From an uncultured Sphingomonas sp. (GTDB lineage Bacteria; Pseudomonadota; Alphaproteobacteria; Sphingomonadales; Sphingomonadaceae): a stretch of DNA of 64,000 nt. Below are positions 20,252 through 30,340 of the stretch, piece by piece (position 1 is the stretch's first letter; each line of letters opens with the position of its first letter). Both the position numbers and the translations under genes were made by a program. The stretch is from positions 1,292 through 65,291 of the forward strand of contig CAJYLQ010000048.1 of the NCBI GenBank assembly GCA_913775975.1. The letters run 5' to 3'. The notes beneath the pieces were generated by a model. That model was not told the DNA's origin. It worked only from the letters and a program-made list of their open reading frames with translations, and did no database searches.

Positions 20252-21202
20252 CTAGCGCTCGATCCAGTGGCGGCGGACGAACCAGATGACGATCCCCGCC
20301 GCGACCATCGCGCACACCGCCATGATGCCGTCGAAGACATAGGGGCTTTCGGCATAGGGCAGCCCCTTCACGTTCATGCCGTACAGGCCGGTGATGAAGG
20401 TGAGCGGCAGGAAGACGAGCGCGGCGATCGAGATGACCAGGCTGCGGCTGTCGATCTGTTCGGCGCGCAGGTCCGACAGCGTTTCGTGCATCAGCGCGGC
20501 GCGTTCGCGGATCGATTCCAGCTCCTCGGCCATGCGCGCGGCGCGGTCGGCGGCGGCGGCGATGTGCAGCCGGTCGTCGTCGCCCAGCCAGTCGCCGGGC
20601 AGCGCCGCCAGCTTTTCCAGCGCCTGCCGCTGCGGGTTGAGGAACCGGCGATAGCTGATTGCGGCGATCCGCACCCGGCTGACGGTGCGACGCAGCTGGA
20701 AGACGCGGTGGACGTCGATCCGCTCCTCGCAATCGTCCAGCTGGTCGCCGATATCCGCGACCTCGGGATCGAGATCGGCGGTGATCGCGGCGGCGAAGGC
20801 GGTGATGAGGTCGCCGGGATCATGGACATGGCCGGCCGCCACCTCCGCCTCCACCATACCCACCGCGACCAGCGGCTTGCGCACGAGGGAGAAGACGCGG
20901 CCCCGCGTCGCCCAGATGCGGACGGAGGCGAGCACGTCGCCGTCCAGTGCCTCTCGCGATCGGCCACGCAGGTTCAGGAAGGCGCCGCCCTCGAACGCCT
21001 CGCAGCGGGGGCGCGTCTCGGTCGCGGTCAGCGCGTCGATCAAATAGTCGTCGAGCGCGGCGACCTCGTGCAGCCAGTGGCGCGTCTCGTCGTCGATCTC
21101 GCCCAGATGGATCCAGGCAAGATCGGGCGAGCCGGACAGCGCGGTGTCGATCCGCACCTCCGCCGGCTGGCCATGGTCGATATGATAGCAGGTCGCCTTC
21201 AT
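20252..21202 (-). CDS. zntB: CorA/ZntB family divalent cation transporter
   Basis: FLPLTFITGLYGMNV signature, two C-terminal TM helices, ETRPR motif. Confidence 0.85.
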   Translation of the reverse strand: MKATCYHIDHGQPAEVRIDTALSGSPDLAWIHLGEIDDETRHWLHEVAALDDYLIDALTATETRPRCEAFEGGAFLNLRGRSREALDGDVLASVRIWATRGRVFSLVRKPLVAVGMVEAEVAAGHVHDPGDLITAFAAAITADLDPEVADIGDQLDDCEERIDVHRVFQLRRTVSRVRIAAISYRRFLNPQRQALEKLAALPGDWLGDDDRLHIAAAADRAARMAEELESIRERAALMHETLSDLRAEQIDSRSLVISIAALVFLPLTFITGLYGMNVKGLPYAESPYVFDGIMAVCAMVAAGIVIWFVRRHWIER

Positions 21203-22089
21203 GCGGATTCCAGATACACGGACAGGCCCGGCGCGTCGGCGGGCGGTTGGGTGAGACGCGCGGCATCGGCGCGCGCGCGATCGAGGATCGCGGGCGGCAC
21301 GGTGCCGTCATGGATGACACGGTCGGCGGCGGCGAGCCAGCGGGCCTCGCGCAGCGTCAGGTCGTCCGGGTCGGCGGAGCGCAGCGCGATGCGAACGGTA
21401 CGGGGGCTGCGGTCCTTGGCCATGGTGGCGACCGGATCGGCCGGGACCGGACCGGGGCCGAGTGGATCGAGTGCGCCGCCGGGCGAGAGCGCGGCGCCGA
21501 TCGCGCGGCGCCGGTCGCCGCCATCGGGCCAGCGCGCGCGCAACGCGCCCCGCGCAGCCTGAAGCGCATCGGCAAGGCGGCCGAGATCGGCGGGCAGCAG
21601 CGCCTCCAGCCGCTGGCGCAGCGCGGCGGCGAGCCCGGCGGAGACGCCGCCGGTGCCGATCGCGATCAGCACGGGCGCGCGGTCGACGATCGCGGGGAGG
21701 GTGAAATCGCACAAGGCGGGGCGGTCGACCGCGTTGACGAGGATGCCGCGCGATTTGAGCCGCGCAACGGCGGCGAGGGCTTCGGTCTCGTCCTCGACCG
21801 CGACGATGGCGAGGGTTGGAGGTGACCGGGTGAGCCCCTCCCCTTCAGGGGAGGGGAGGGGGTGGGGCGCTTCCGCAGGCGATGGTGCCTGAGGCGACGC
21901 CCCACCCCCGACCCCTCCCCTGAAGGGGAGGGGAGCGGAAGAAGGCAACACCACCCCATCCTCGCCCACCACCACCGCGCCGGCGCGGTCGAGCAGGCGG
22001 CGTTTCGCGTCCGCCGCCTCGCCGTCGCCGAGCAAAATCACCGGCCGTCCGCCCAGCCGCACGAAGAGCGGCAGGCTGTGGAGCGTCAT
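21199..22089 (-). CDS. cysG: Siroheme synthase-like (precorrin-2 dehydrogenase/ferrochelatase) with in-frame repeat insertion
   Basis: SLPLF, VNAVDRPALCDFTLPAIVDR, GGVSAGLA; C-terminal DPDDLTLRE relic of the methyltransferase domain. Confidence 0.85.
   Translation of the reverse strand: MTLHSLPLFVRLGGRPVILLGDGEAADAKRRLLDRAGAVVVGEDGVVLPSSAPLPFRGGVGGGASPQAPSPAEAPHPLPSPEGEGLTRSPPTLAIVAVEDETEALAAVARLKSRGILVNAVDRPALCDFTLPAIVDRAPVLIAIGTGGVSAGLAAALRQRLEALLPADLGRLADALQAARGALRARWPDGGDRRRAIGAALSPGGALDPLGPGPVPADPVATMAKDRSPRTVRIALRSADPDDLTLREARWLAAADRVIHDGTVPPAILDRARADAARLTQPPADAPGLSVYLESA
21835..21933. repeat. Palindromic repeat family A, in-frame inside cysG-like gene
   Basis: CCCCTCCCCTTCAGGGGAGGGG...CCCCTCCCCTGAAGGGGAGGGG; translated as PLPFRGGVGGG...PHPLPSPEGEG. 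Confidence 0.92.
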
Positions 22090-23348
22090 TTCGCCAGCCA
22101 GTCCGGCACGCGTTCGGCGGCGATCAGCGCCTCGGCGGCGACGCGGTCGGCGACCACGGCATAGCGGTCGCCATCGACCAGCACCTCGGGCACCAGCGGG
22201 CGGCTGTTGTACGTCGAGGCCATCGTCGCGCCATAGGCGCCGGCGGTGCGGAACACGGCCAGGTCGCCGCGCGCCACCGCGTCGATGTCGCGGCCCATCG
22301 CGAAGGTGTCGCCGCTTTCGCAGACGGGGCCGGCGATGTTGGCGGTCATCCGCGCGCCGGTCGGCTCGACCGCGACGAAATCGTGCCACGCGTCGTACAG
22401 CGCGGGGCGGGCGAGGTCGTTCATCGCGGCATCGACGATGACATAGGGGTGGGTCACGCCCGGCTTCACCCAGACCACCTCGGTCGCCAGCACGCCGGCA
22501 TTGCCCGCGATGACGCGGCCGGGCTCGAACATGAGTTCTGCGTCCCAGTCCGCCGTGACGCGCGCGACCATCGCGCCGTAATCGGCGAGGTCGGGGGAGA
22601 CGTCGCCCGCCTTGTACGGCACGCCGACGCCGCCGCCGAGATCGACATGGGTGACGGTGTGGCCCGCGCCGCGCAGCTCCGCGACGAGCGCGCCGATACG
22701 GGTATAGGCGGCCTCCAGCGGCGACAGGTCGAGCAGCTGGCTGCCGATATGGCAGGCGACGCCGCGCAGGTTCATCCCCGGCAGCGCGGCGAGGCGATCG
22801 AACATGGCGGGCGCCTGGTCGATCGGCACGCCGAACTTGTTTTCCTTCTTGCCCGTCGAGATCTTGGCGTGGGTGCCGGCATCGACATCCGGGTTGACGC
22901 GCAGCGTCGCGGGCGCGGCGATCCCGCGTTCGGCGGCGAGCGCGGCGAGGACGACGCCCTCCTCCTCCAGCTCCAGATTGAACTGGCCGATCCCGGCGTC
23001 CAGCGCGGCGGCGAGCTCCGCCTTCGTCTTGCCGACGCCGGAGAAGACGATGTCGGCGGCGGGGATGCCGGCCGCCAGCGCGCGCTTCATCTCGCCCACC
23101 GACACGACGTCGGCGCCATAGCCCTCATCGGCCAGCACGCGCAGCACCGCGAGGTTGGGGTTCGCCTTGATCGCATAGGCCAGGTGCTTGCGCGGCACGG
23201 CGGCCAGCCCGTCGCGGAACGCGCGCGCATGGCGGCGGAAGGTGGCGGCCGAATAGATATAGACGGGCGTGCCCACCGCCGCCGCGATGGCGGGAATGGA
23301 CACGTCCTCCACATGGAGGACACCGTCGCGATAGTCGAAATGGTCCAT
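22086..23348 (-). CDS. lysA: Diaminopimelate decarboxylase
   Basis: YAIKAN, HIGSQ, EPGR, CESGD, GAYG. Confidence 0.97.
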   Translation of the reverse strand: MDHFDYRDGVLHVEDVSIPAIAAAVGTPVYIYSAATFRRHARAFRDGLAAVPRKHLAYAIKANPNLAVLRVLADEGYGADVVSVGEMKRALAAGIPAADIVFSGVGKTKAELAAALDAGIGQFNLELEEEGVVLAALAAERGIAAPATLRVNPDVDAGTHAKISTGKKENKFGVPIDQAPAMFDRLAALPGMNLRGVACHIGSQLLDLSPLEAAYTRIGALVAELRGAGHTVTHVDLGGGVGVPYKAGDVSPDLADYGAMVARVTADWDAELMFEPGRVIAGNAGVLATEVVWVKPGVTHPYVIVDAAMNDLARPALYDAWHDFVAVEPTGARMTANIAGPVCESGDTFAMGRDIDAVARGDLAVFRTAGAYGATMASTYNSRPLVPEVLVDGDRYAVVADRVAAEALIAAERVPDWLAK

Positions 23349-23364
23349 CGTCAGCCTTGGTCGG

Positions 23365-23604
23365 TCAGCGCTGCGGGGGCAGGTCGAAGGTATCGGTGCG
23401 GCGCTCGTCGGAATTGGTGAGCAGGTCGTCGCTGCGCTCGGGCCGCTGCTGCGGCGTCGGCGTCAGCAGCTGCGTGGCGGTCGGCACCGCGACCGCGCCG
23501 CGCGGCGCGACGGGCAACGTCTTGCCGGGCGCGGGCTCCAGCCCCTGCGCCGCGCCGCATCCGGCCAGCACGAGCGCCAGCGGCAGGAGGGCGGCGGCCC
23601 TCAC
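23365..23604 (-). CDS. Small lipoprotein (LptM/YifL-like position between argH and lysA)
   Basis: Lipobox LAGC followed by G..GLEP; GTG start overlaps argH stop. Confidence 0.75.
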   Translation of the reverse strand: MRAAALLPLALVLAGCGAAQGLEPAPGKTLPVAPRGAVAVPTATQLLTPTPQQRPERSDDLLTNSDERRTDTFDLPPQR

Positions 23605-25004
23605 CAGCCCTGCTCCGGCGTGTTCATGTCGGTACGGGCGGCGGCGATCGCGGCGCGGACATTGGCGGGGGCGGTGCCGCCGAAGCTAACCCGGCTGGCG
23701 ACCGAGGCATCGACCGACAGCACGTCATAGACCGACGCCGTGATCGCGGGGTGGATCGCCCGAAGGTCCTCCAGCGACAATTTGTCCAGGCCGACGCCCA
23801 GCGCCTCCGCCCGGGCGACGGCGCGGCCGGTGACGTGATGCGCCTCGCGGAAGGGCAGGCTCGCCTCGCGCACCAGCCAGTCGGCGAGATCCGTGGCGGT
23901 CGCGAAGCCCGATTCGGCGAGGTCGCGCATCCGGTCGGTACGGAAGGTCGCGCTTTCGACCATGCCGGTCATCGCCGCGATCGAGAGGCCGAGCAGGTCG
24001 TGGCATTCGAAGACGGGCGGCTTGTCGTCCTGCATGTCCTTCGAATAGGCGAGCGGCAGGCCCTTCATCGTCACCATCAGGCTGACGAGGCAGCCGGTGA
24101 TCCGGCCGGCATGACCGCGCACCAGCTCGGCGGCGTCGGGGTTGCGCTTCTGCGGCATGATGCTGCTGCCGGTCGACCATTGGTCGGACAGCGCGACGAA
24201 ACCGAACGGCTGCGAGGCCCAGAGCACGAATTCCTCGGCCAGTCGCGACAGGTGCAGCGAACATTGTGCGGCCGCCGTCAGATACTCGATCGCGAAGTCG
24301 CGGTCGGAGACGGCGTCGAGGCTGTTGCGCGTCGGCCCGTCGAAACCGAGCGCGGCAGCGGTGGCATGCCGGTCGATCGGGAAGCCGGTGCCGGCCAGCG
24401 CGGCGCTGCCCAGCGGGCACAGGTTCATTCGCGCGCGCGCGTCGCGGAAGCGGGAGGCGTCGCGACCCGCCATCTCGACATAGGCCATCAGGTGATGGCC
24501 CAGCGTGACCGGCTGCGCGGATTGCAGATGGGTGAAGCCGGGCATCACCGCATCGGCATGCTGTTCGGCGCGGGTCAGCAATGCGTCGCGAAGCGCGTCG
24601 AGCGCGGCCAGCGTCTGGTCGATCGCGTCGCGTACCCACAGGCGGAAATCGGTCGCGACCTGATCGTTGCGGCTGCGCGCGGTGTGCAGGCGGCCGGCGA
24701 CCGGGCCGATCGCGTCCGCCAGCCGCGCCTCGGTCAGCATGTGGATATCCTCGAGGGACAGGTCGTCGGGCACGCCGTCCGCCGCGTAGCCCTCGGCCAC
24801 GGTGTCGAGGCCGGCGGCGATGGCTTCCGCATCGGCGGGCGCGACGATGCCGTTCGCGCCCAGCATCGCGACATGCGCCTTCGACCCGGCGATATCCTGT
24901 CGCCACATCCGCTTGTCGAATGGCAGCGATGCGTTAATCTCCCGCATCACCGCCGACGGCCCCTCCGCGAAGCGGCCGCCCCACATGGCATTGGAGTTAC
25001 TCAT
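23601..25004 (-). CDS. argH: Argininosuccinate lyase
   Basis: [25 protein letters not shown]; start may be 24986. Confidence 0.97.
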   Translation of the reverse strand: MSNSNAMWGGRFAEGPSAVMREINASLPFDKRMWRQDIAGSKAHVAMLGANGIVAPADAEAIAAGLDTVAEGYAADGVPDDLSLEDIHMLTEARLADAIGPVAGRLHTARSRNDQVATDFRLWVRDAIDQTLAALDALRDALLTRAEQHADAVMPGFTHLQSAQPVTLGHHLMAYVEMAGRDASRFRDARARMNLCPLGSAALAGTGFPIDRHATAAALGFDGPTRNSLDAVSDRDFAIEYLTAAAQCSLHLSRLAEEFVLWASQPFGFVALSDQWSTGSSIMPQKRNPDAAELVRGHAGRITGCLVSLMVTMKGLPLAYSKDMQDDKPPVFECHDLLGLSIAAMTGMVESATFRTDRMRDLAESGFATATDLADWLVREASLPFREAHHVTGRAVARAEALGVGLDKLSLEDLRAIHPAITASVYDVLSVDASVASRVSFGGTAPANVRAAIAAARTDMNTPEQGW

Positions 25005-25623
25005 GCGCCCTGGAATCGTCCTGTTGCCGGCAGCCCTCATGGCCGCGCTCCTGACCGGGTGCGGCGATAGGACGTCCGCCGGGAACGAGCAAGGCAATGC
25101 GACCGCGACGACCGACGCCGCCCCCGACGCCGCCAACGCCGTCAGCCCCGACGAGGCGGCGCCGGCGGCGGCCGGACCGAAGGCGGGGAGCCTGGACCTG
25201 TCCCATGCCGGAGAGGCGGCGCCGACGCTCGGCTTCGTCGATGCGGACGGCAAGGCGGTGACGCTGGCCGACTATCGCGGCAAGCCGGTGCTGCTAAACC
25301 TGTGGGCGACGTGGTGCGGGCCGTGCGTGAAGGAATTGCCCACGCTCGACGCGCTGGCGACGCGCGAGAAGGGGCGGCTGACGGTCGTGACGCTCAGCCA
25401 GGACATGGACCCGGCCAAGGTCGCGCCCTTCTTCGCGGCGCGCAAGTTCACGACGCTGAAGGCGTATACGGACCCCAAGATGGCGTGGGTGCCGGCGGTG
25501 GCGAACAACCTGCCAACGAGCATCCTCTATGACGCGAAGGGCCGCGAGGTGTGGCGGACGGTGGGCGATCTGGACTGGACGGGTGACGTGGCGCGGGAGG
25601 GATTGCGGAAGGTTTTGGGGTGA
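25003..25623 (+). CDS. tlpA: TlpA-family thiol:disulfide oxidoreductase lipoprotein
   Basis: [15 protein letters not shown], lipobox LTGC; divergent from argH. Confidence 0.9.
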   Translation: MRPGIVLLPAALMAALLTGCGDRTSAGNEQGNATATTDAAPDAANAVSPDEAAPAAAGPKAGSLDLSHAGEAAPTLGFVDADGKAVTLADYRGKPVLLNLWATWCGPCVKELPTLDALATREKGRLTVVTLSQDMDPAKVAPFFAARKFTTLKAYTDPKMAWVPAVANNLPTSILYDAKGREVWRTVGDLDWTGDVAREGLRKVLG

Positions 25624-25701
25624 GGGGGGCACACGCCGCCTCCTGCTTCGCAAGTCGCCCATCGGTCCGTAGTCGTGTGCTCAACCCGAAAGGATAGCGA
25701 C

Positions 25702-26112
25702 GTGAGCAAGAGTGACCGGTTGTGGGCTCGTTACTGGGGCATTCGGGACAATCATCGAAATGGCCACCGTATGCCGATATTGCGGCATTTGATGCTGGCC
25801 GGGGATAGTGGCGCGATGGTCGAGTTGAGTAACGAACTGCGTGCATCTGGTCGTCTTGCAGATCGGTTCAGCCGAAAAGGCCTCGCTTACGCCGCATATC
25901 GCCTGGGAAATCCCTTGGGCGCGCAGCATCTGGCGATGAACGCGTTCAACTGCAACGATCTGAGCGGTTATCGATATTGGCTTAACAAGGCAGCGCGCTT
26001 GGGTGACCTTGAAGCTGCTCAAGAACTGCGCCGGTTTGAATTGCGCCTGCCACATGCCAATGCGGCTCTTATCCGTCGACAGCGTCCGAGCAGGCGAACA
26101 GACGGAGTATGA
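25702..26112 (+). CDS. Hypothetical protein with Sel1-like helix motifs, lower GC
   Basis: SD AAGGA, GTG start; AYRLGNPLGAQHLAM and YWLNKAARLGDLEA motifs; many A/T-ending codons. Confidence 0.7.
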   Translation: MSKSDRLWARYWGIRDNHRNGHRMPILRHLMLAGDSGAMVELSNELRASGRLADRFSRKGLAYAAYRLGNPLGAQHLAMNAFNCNDLSGYRYWLNKAARLGDLEAAQELRRFELRLPHANAALIRRQRPSRRTDGV

Positions 26113-26139
26113 GCCGCCCGGCCCTTTATCGGTAACGTT

Positions 26140-26232
26140 GTCATCCCCGCGCAGGCGGGGATCCATAACCTCTGACGTTCCGGCTCTTGCGATGACCTGC
26201 GCGTCTGGATTCCCGCTCTCGCGGGAATGACG
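26140..26232. repeat. Palindromic repeat family B copy
   Basis: GTCATCCCCGCGCAGGCGGGGATCC...GGATTCCCGCTCTCGCGGGAATGAC. Confidence 0.9.
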
Positions 26233-26271
26233 TGGTGGGTGGGGCGATGCTTACGCACTGATCGTGCCGCT

Positions 26272-26370
26272 CCCCTCCCCTTCAGGGGAGGGGCTGGGGG
26301 TGGGGCTCTTCCGCAAACGCCGCGTTGGTGGTGACGCCCCACCCCAACCCCTCCCCTAAAGGGGAGGGGC
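26272..26370. repeat. Palindromic repeat family A, intergenic copy
   Basis: CCCCTCCCCTTCAGGGGAGGGG...CCCCTCCCCTAAAGGGGAGGGG. Confidence 0.9.
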
Positions 26371-26389
26371 TTATGACGTTGCGCCCCCC

Positions 26390-28513
26390 TTACCCCTTCA
26401 CCCCCAGCTGTTGCAGCAGGAACGCCTGCCATTCCGCATTCTGGCGGAAGCGTTCGAAGCGGCCGGACTTGCCGCCATGGCCCGCTTCCATGTTGACGCG
26501 GAAGAGGAGGGGATTGGCGTCGGTCTTCTTCTCGCGAAGCTTCGCGACCCATTTGGCGGGCTCGTAATATTGCACCTGGCTGTCCCACAGGCCGGTGCCG
26601 ACATACATCGCCGGATACGCCTTTGCCTTGACGTTGTCGTAGGGCGAATAGCCCAGCATATAGTCGTAATAGGGCTTTTCGGCTGGGTTGCCCCATTCGT
26701 CATATTCGAACGTCGTCAGCGGGATCGACGCGTCGAGCATCGTCGTCACCACGTCGACGAACGGCACCTGTGCGATGATGAGCTTATAGTCCTGCGGCGC
26801 CATGTTGGCGACGCCGCCCATCAGCAGGCCGCCGGCGCTGCCGCCCATCGCGGCCACCCGGCCCTTCGCGGCATATTTTTGTGCGACGAGATAGCGGGTG
26901 ACGTCGATGAAGTCGGTGAAGCTGTTCTTCTTGTGGAGCAGGTGCCCGTCGTCATACCAGCCGCGCCCCATCTCCTGCCCACCGCGGATATGGGCGATGG
27001 CATAGACGACGCCGCGATCGAGCAGGCCGATCCGGCCCGGATCGACCGCCGGGTCGGTGGAAATGCCGTAGCTGCCATAGGCATATTGGAACAATGGCGC
27101 GCTGCCGTCGCGCTTCGTGCCCTTCGCATAGACGAGCGAGACGGGAATCCGCGTGCCGTCGCGCGCCGGCGCCCAGACGCGCTCGGTGACGTATTTCGCG
27201 GGATCGTAGCCGGGGACGGGCGCGACCTTCAGCACGCGGCGCTCGCCCGTCTTCGCATTCACCTCGTAGGTGGTGGTCGGCGTGACGAGCGAGCCGTAGG
27301 TGTAGCGGACCCAGGGGGTATCGGGCTCCTCGTTCACGTCGAGCGCCATGCGATATGCGGGCTCGTCCGCCTTCACCGGCAATGAGGTGCCGGCATCCGA
27401 CAGGACGCGGATCATGCGGTTGCCGCCCTGCCGCTGGTCGATCGCGACGAAGCCGTTGAAGGGCTTGAACCCCTCGATGAACACGCTGTCGCTGGCCGGC
27501 GTCAGGTCGCGCCACGCCGCCGGGCCCTTCGCCAGATCCGCATCGGGGATCGTGACGAGCTTGTAGTTCTTCGCATCGCGGTTGGTGCGGACGACCCAAT
27601 GGTCGCCGATGTGATCGGCGGCATAGCGGAACTCGCGAGCGCGGGGCGCGATCAGCGTGAAGGCGTCGGGCCGGTCGACGGGGGCGCAGCGCTGCTCGTC
27701 GCTGACCGTGCTCTGCACGCTGACGCAGGCGAAGCGATCGTCGGCGGTGCGGCCGATACCCATCTGGAAGGTATCGTCCTTCTCTTCATAGAGCAGCCGG
27801 TCGGTCGCGGCGTCGGTACCCAGCACATGCGCCATCACGCGATAGCCGCGCAGCGTCACCGGATCCTTCGCGATGTACAGGATCGTGCGGTTGTCGCCCG
27901 CCCAGACGAGGTTGGGTTCGATATTGGCAATCGTATCGGTCAGGACGCGGCCCGTCGCGATGTCCTTCACGTGAAGCACATACTGGCGGCGACCGACCGT
28001 ATCCTCCGCCCACGCGACCAGGCGGTTGTCGGGGCTGACCTGCCAGTCGGAGAGTGCGAAGAAATTATGCCCCTTCGCCATCGCCGGCTGGTCGAACAGC
28101 AGCTCGGCGGGCGCGGCGGGCGTGCCGCGATGCCGCTCTGTCAGCGGATAGTCGGCGCCGGGGACGTAGCGGGTGGCGTAGTAATAGCCGTTCTTCGCAT
28201 AGGGGACGGAGCTGTCGTCCTGCTTGATGTGCGCGACGGTCTCTTCGTACAGCCGCGCCTGCAGCGGCTTCAGCGGGGCGAGCTGGCGGTCGGCGAAGGC
28301 GTTTTCCGCGTTGAGATAGGCGAGCATCGCCGGATCCTTGCGGGTGTCGTCGCGCAGCCAGTAATAATCGTCCTCGCGCGCGCCGTTGGGGCTCTTGACC
28401 AGGAAGGGGCGCTTTTCGGCGCGGGGCGGCGCGTCCTGTTGCTGCGCCGGCGCGGCGGTGGTGGCGAGCAGCGCGGCAAGCGTGCCTGCGATGAATCGGT
28501 GGGTCGTCTTCAT
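26390..28513 (-). CDS. ptrB: Oligopeptidase B (S9A), secreted
   Basis: DDYYWLRD, GGSAGG nucleophile, DSQV, AGHGG; signal peptide from MKTTHRF. Confidence 0.94.
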   Translation of the reverse strand: MKTTHRFIAGTLAALLATTAAPAQQQDAPPRAEKRPFLVKSPNGAREDDYYWLRDDTRKDPAMLAYLNAENAFADRQLAPLKPLQARLYEETVAHIKQDDSSVPYAKNGYYYATRYVPGADYPLTERHRGTPAAPAELLFDQPAMAKGHNFFALSDWQVSPDNRLVAWAEDTVGRRQYVLHVKDIATGRVLTDTIANIEPNLVWAGDNRTILYIAKDPVTLRGYRVMAHVLGTDAATDRLLYEEKDDTFQMGIGRTADDRFACVSVQSTVSDEQRCAPVDRPDAFTLIAPRAREFRYAADHIGDHWVVRTNRDAKNYKLVTIPDADLAKGPAAWRDLTPASDSVFIEGFKPFNGFVAIDQRQGGNRMIRVLSDAGTSLPVKADEPAYRMALDVNEEPDTPWVRYTYGSLVTPTTTYEVNAKTGERRVLKVAPVPGYDPAKYVTERVWAPARDGTRIPVSLVYAKGTKRDGSAPLFQYAYGSYGISTDPAVDPGRIGLLDRGVVYAIAHIRGGQEMGRGWYDDGHLLHKKNSFTDFIDVTRYLVAQKYAAKGRVAAMGGSAGGLLMGGVANMAPQDYKLIIAQVPFVDVVTTMLDASIPLTTFEYDEWGNPAEKPYYDYMLGYSPYDNVKAKAYPAMYVGTGLWDSQVQYYEPAKWVAKLREKKTDANPLLFRVNMEAGHGGKSGRFERFRQNAEWQAFLLQQLGVKG

Positions 28514-28566
28514 GATGCTGTCCCTCTTCCCCGAACCGTGAATTGCGTGTGGCAGGCGCGGCGGCG

Positions 28567-29457
28567 TCAGCCGCGTGCCCGCGCCTGGCGATAGGTGCCG
28601 AGGAGGCGCACCCATTTCGAATGGAAGCCCAGTTCCTCGATCGCGCGGTCGAAGCCGGGCTCGCCCGGCCGGCCGACCACGTCGCAGTAGAATTCCGATG
28701 CGGCGAAGCTGCCGCCGCGCTGGTAGCTTTCCAGCTTCGTCATGTTGACGCCGTTCGTCGCGAAGCCGCCCATCGCCTTGTAAAGCGCGGCGGGGACGTT
28801 CTTCACCTCGAAGATCAGCGTGGTCATCCATGGGCCCTCGCCGGCCAGCGGGCCGCTGCCGCGCGCCAGCGTGACGAACCGGGTCATGTTGTGGTCCGCA
28901 TCCGCGATGTCGGTCGCCAGCAGGTCGAGGCCGTACAGCGCGGCGGCGCCCGGCGGGGCGAGCGCGGCGACGGCGGGATCGCGCTGTTCGGCGACGAAGG
29001 CGGCGGCGCCCGCCGTGTCGGGATAGGCGACGGGGCCGATGCCGTGCGCGCGCAGCCAGTGGCGGCACTGGCCCAGCGCCTGCGGGTGGCTCATCGCCTG
29101 CCGCACGCCCGCCATCGGCCCGCAGCCGATCAGCGCGTGGCGGATCGGCAGGAAATGCTCGCCGGTGATGACGAGGCCCGATTCGGGCAGCAGGAAGTGC
29201 ATGTCGGCGACGCGGCCGTGCAGCGAATTCTCGATCGGGATCACCGCGCAGTCGGCGCGCCCGTCCTTCACCGCGTCGATCGCGTCGATGAAATCGAAGC
29301 AGGGCAGGGGCAGCCCGTCCGGGAACGCCTCCCTCGCGGCGACGTGGCTGTTGGCGCCCGGCGCGCCCTGAAACGCGACCGCGCGCTCCGGCGCGGCGGC
29401 GGCGGCTTCGGTCATCGCGGCGGCGAGCGCGCGGGCGGGTTCGGCGAAGGTCTGCAT
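28567..29457 (-). CDS. pheA: Prephenate dehydratase
   Basis: FQGAPGANS, PIENS, SHPQALGQC, NMTRF, NMTKLES (ACT domain). Confidence 0.95.
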   Translation of the reverse strand: MQTFAEPARALAAAMTEAAAAAPERAVAFQGAPGANSHVAAREAFPDGLPLPCFDFIDAIDAVKDGRADCAVIPIENSLHGRVADMHFLLPESGLVITGEHFLPIRHALIGCGPMAGVRQAMSHPQALGQCRHWLRAHGIGPVAYPDTAGAAAFVAEQRDPAVAALAPPGAAALYGLDLLATDIADADHNMTRFVTLARGSGPLAGEGPWMTTLIFEVKNVPAALYKAMGGFATNGVNMTKLESYQRGGSFAASEFYCDVVGRPGEPGFDRAIEELGFHSKWVRLLGTYRQARARG

Positions 29458-29576
29458 CGTGCGGCATGGCATGACGCCCCCCGCCCGCGCGATCAAGCCG
29501 CGCGACGTGTGCCAGCGCGGCTTGCGGAGGACGCCCGGCTTTCCTACAGAAACACGAAAGAACATAATTGGGGCAG

Positions 29577-30281
29577 ATGATGGACCTGAAGACCAACACG
29601 ATTGCCGGCTGGGCCCTGGGCGCCGGCATCGTCGCGCTGGGATCGGCGATCGTCGGCGGCATGATCTTCGACGGCCACCGTCCGGAGAAGATGGGCTATG
29701 TGATCGAGGGCGTCGAAGAAGCCGGCGGCGGCGGCGGCGAGGCGGCGGTGCCGATCGCGACGCTGCTGGCCAGCGCGGACCCCGCCAAGGGCGCCGAGGT
29801 CTTCAAGAAGTGCGCGGCCTGCCACACGATCAACCAGGGCGGTGCCAACGGCGTCGGCCCGAACCTGTACGCGACGCTGGGCGAGGCGATCGCACAGGGC
29901 AAGGCGGGCTTCGCCTTCTCCGACGCGCTGAAGGCGGTGGGCGGCAAGTGGACGTTCGACGCGATGAACGCCTGGCTCACCTCGCCGCGCAAGTTCGCCA
30001 ACGGCACCAAGATGACCTTTGCCGGCCTGTCGAACGCGCAGGACCGGGCGAATGTGATCGCCTATCTGAACCAGCAGGGATCGAACCTGCCGCTGCCCGC
30101 CGCGCCCGCCGCCGGGGAGGCGCCGACCGCGGATGCGGGCGGCAACGTCGCCGAGGCAGCCAACGCGGTGGCCGAGGATACGAAGGCGGCGACGGGCGAC
30201 ATCGCCAACACGGGCTCGCCCGCGACCGGCGCCCCCTCGATCGATCCGGAAGCGGCCCGCAAGGGCGCGCGCACCGAGTAA
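29577..30281 (+). CDS. cycM: Membrane-anchored cytochrome c (CycM-like)
   Basis: N-terminal TM helix, KKCAACH, GPNLY, GTKMTFAG. Confidence 0.88.
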   Translation: MMDLKTNTIAGWALGAGIVALGSAIVGGMIFDGHRPEKMGYVIEGVEEAGGGGGEAAVPIATLLASADPAKGAEVFKKCAACHTINQGGANGVGPNLYATLGEAIAQGKAGFAFSDALKAVGGKWTFDAMNAWLTSPRKFANGTKMTFAGLSNAQDRANVIAYLNQQGSNLPLPAAPAAGEAPTADAGGNVAEAANAVAEDTKAATGDIANTGSPATGAPSIDPEAARKGARTE

Positions 30282-30310
30282 CCCGGCGCCCATCCGGATC
30301 CAGGCGCATA

Positions 30311-30340
30311 CGCACCGCCCAGATGGCGGTGCGGCTGCTT
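30311..30340 (+). terminator. Probable intrinsic terminator after cytochrome c
   Basis: CGCACCGCC-caga-tGGCGGTGCG hairpin. Confidence 0.5.
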
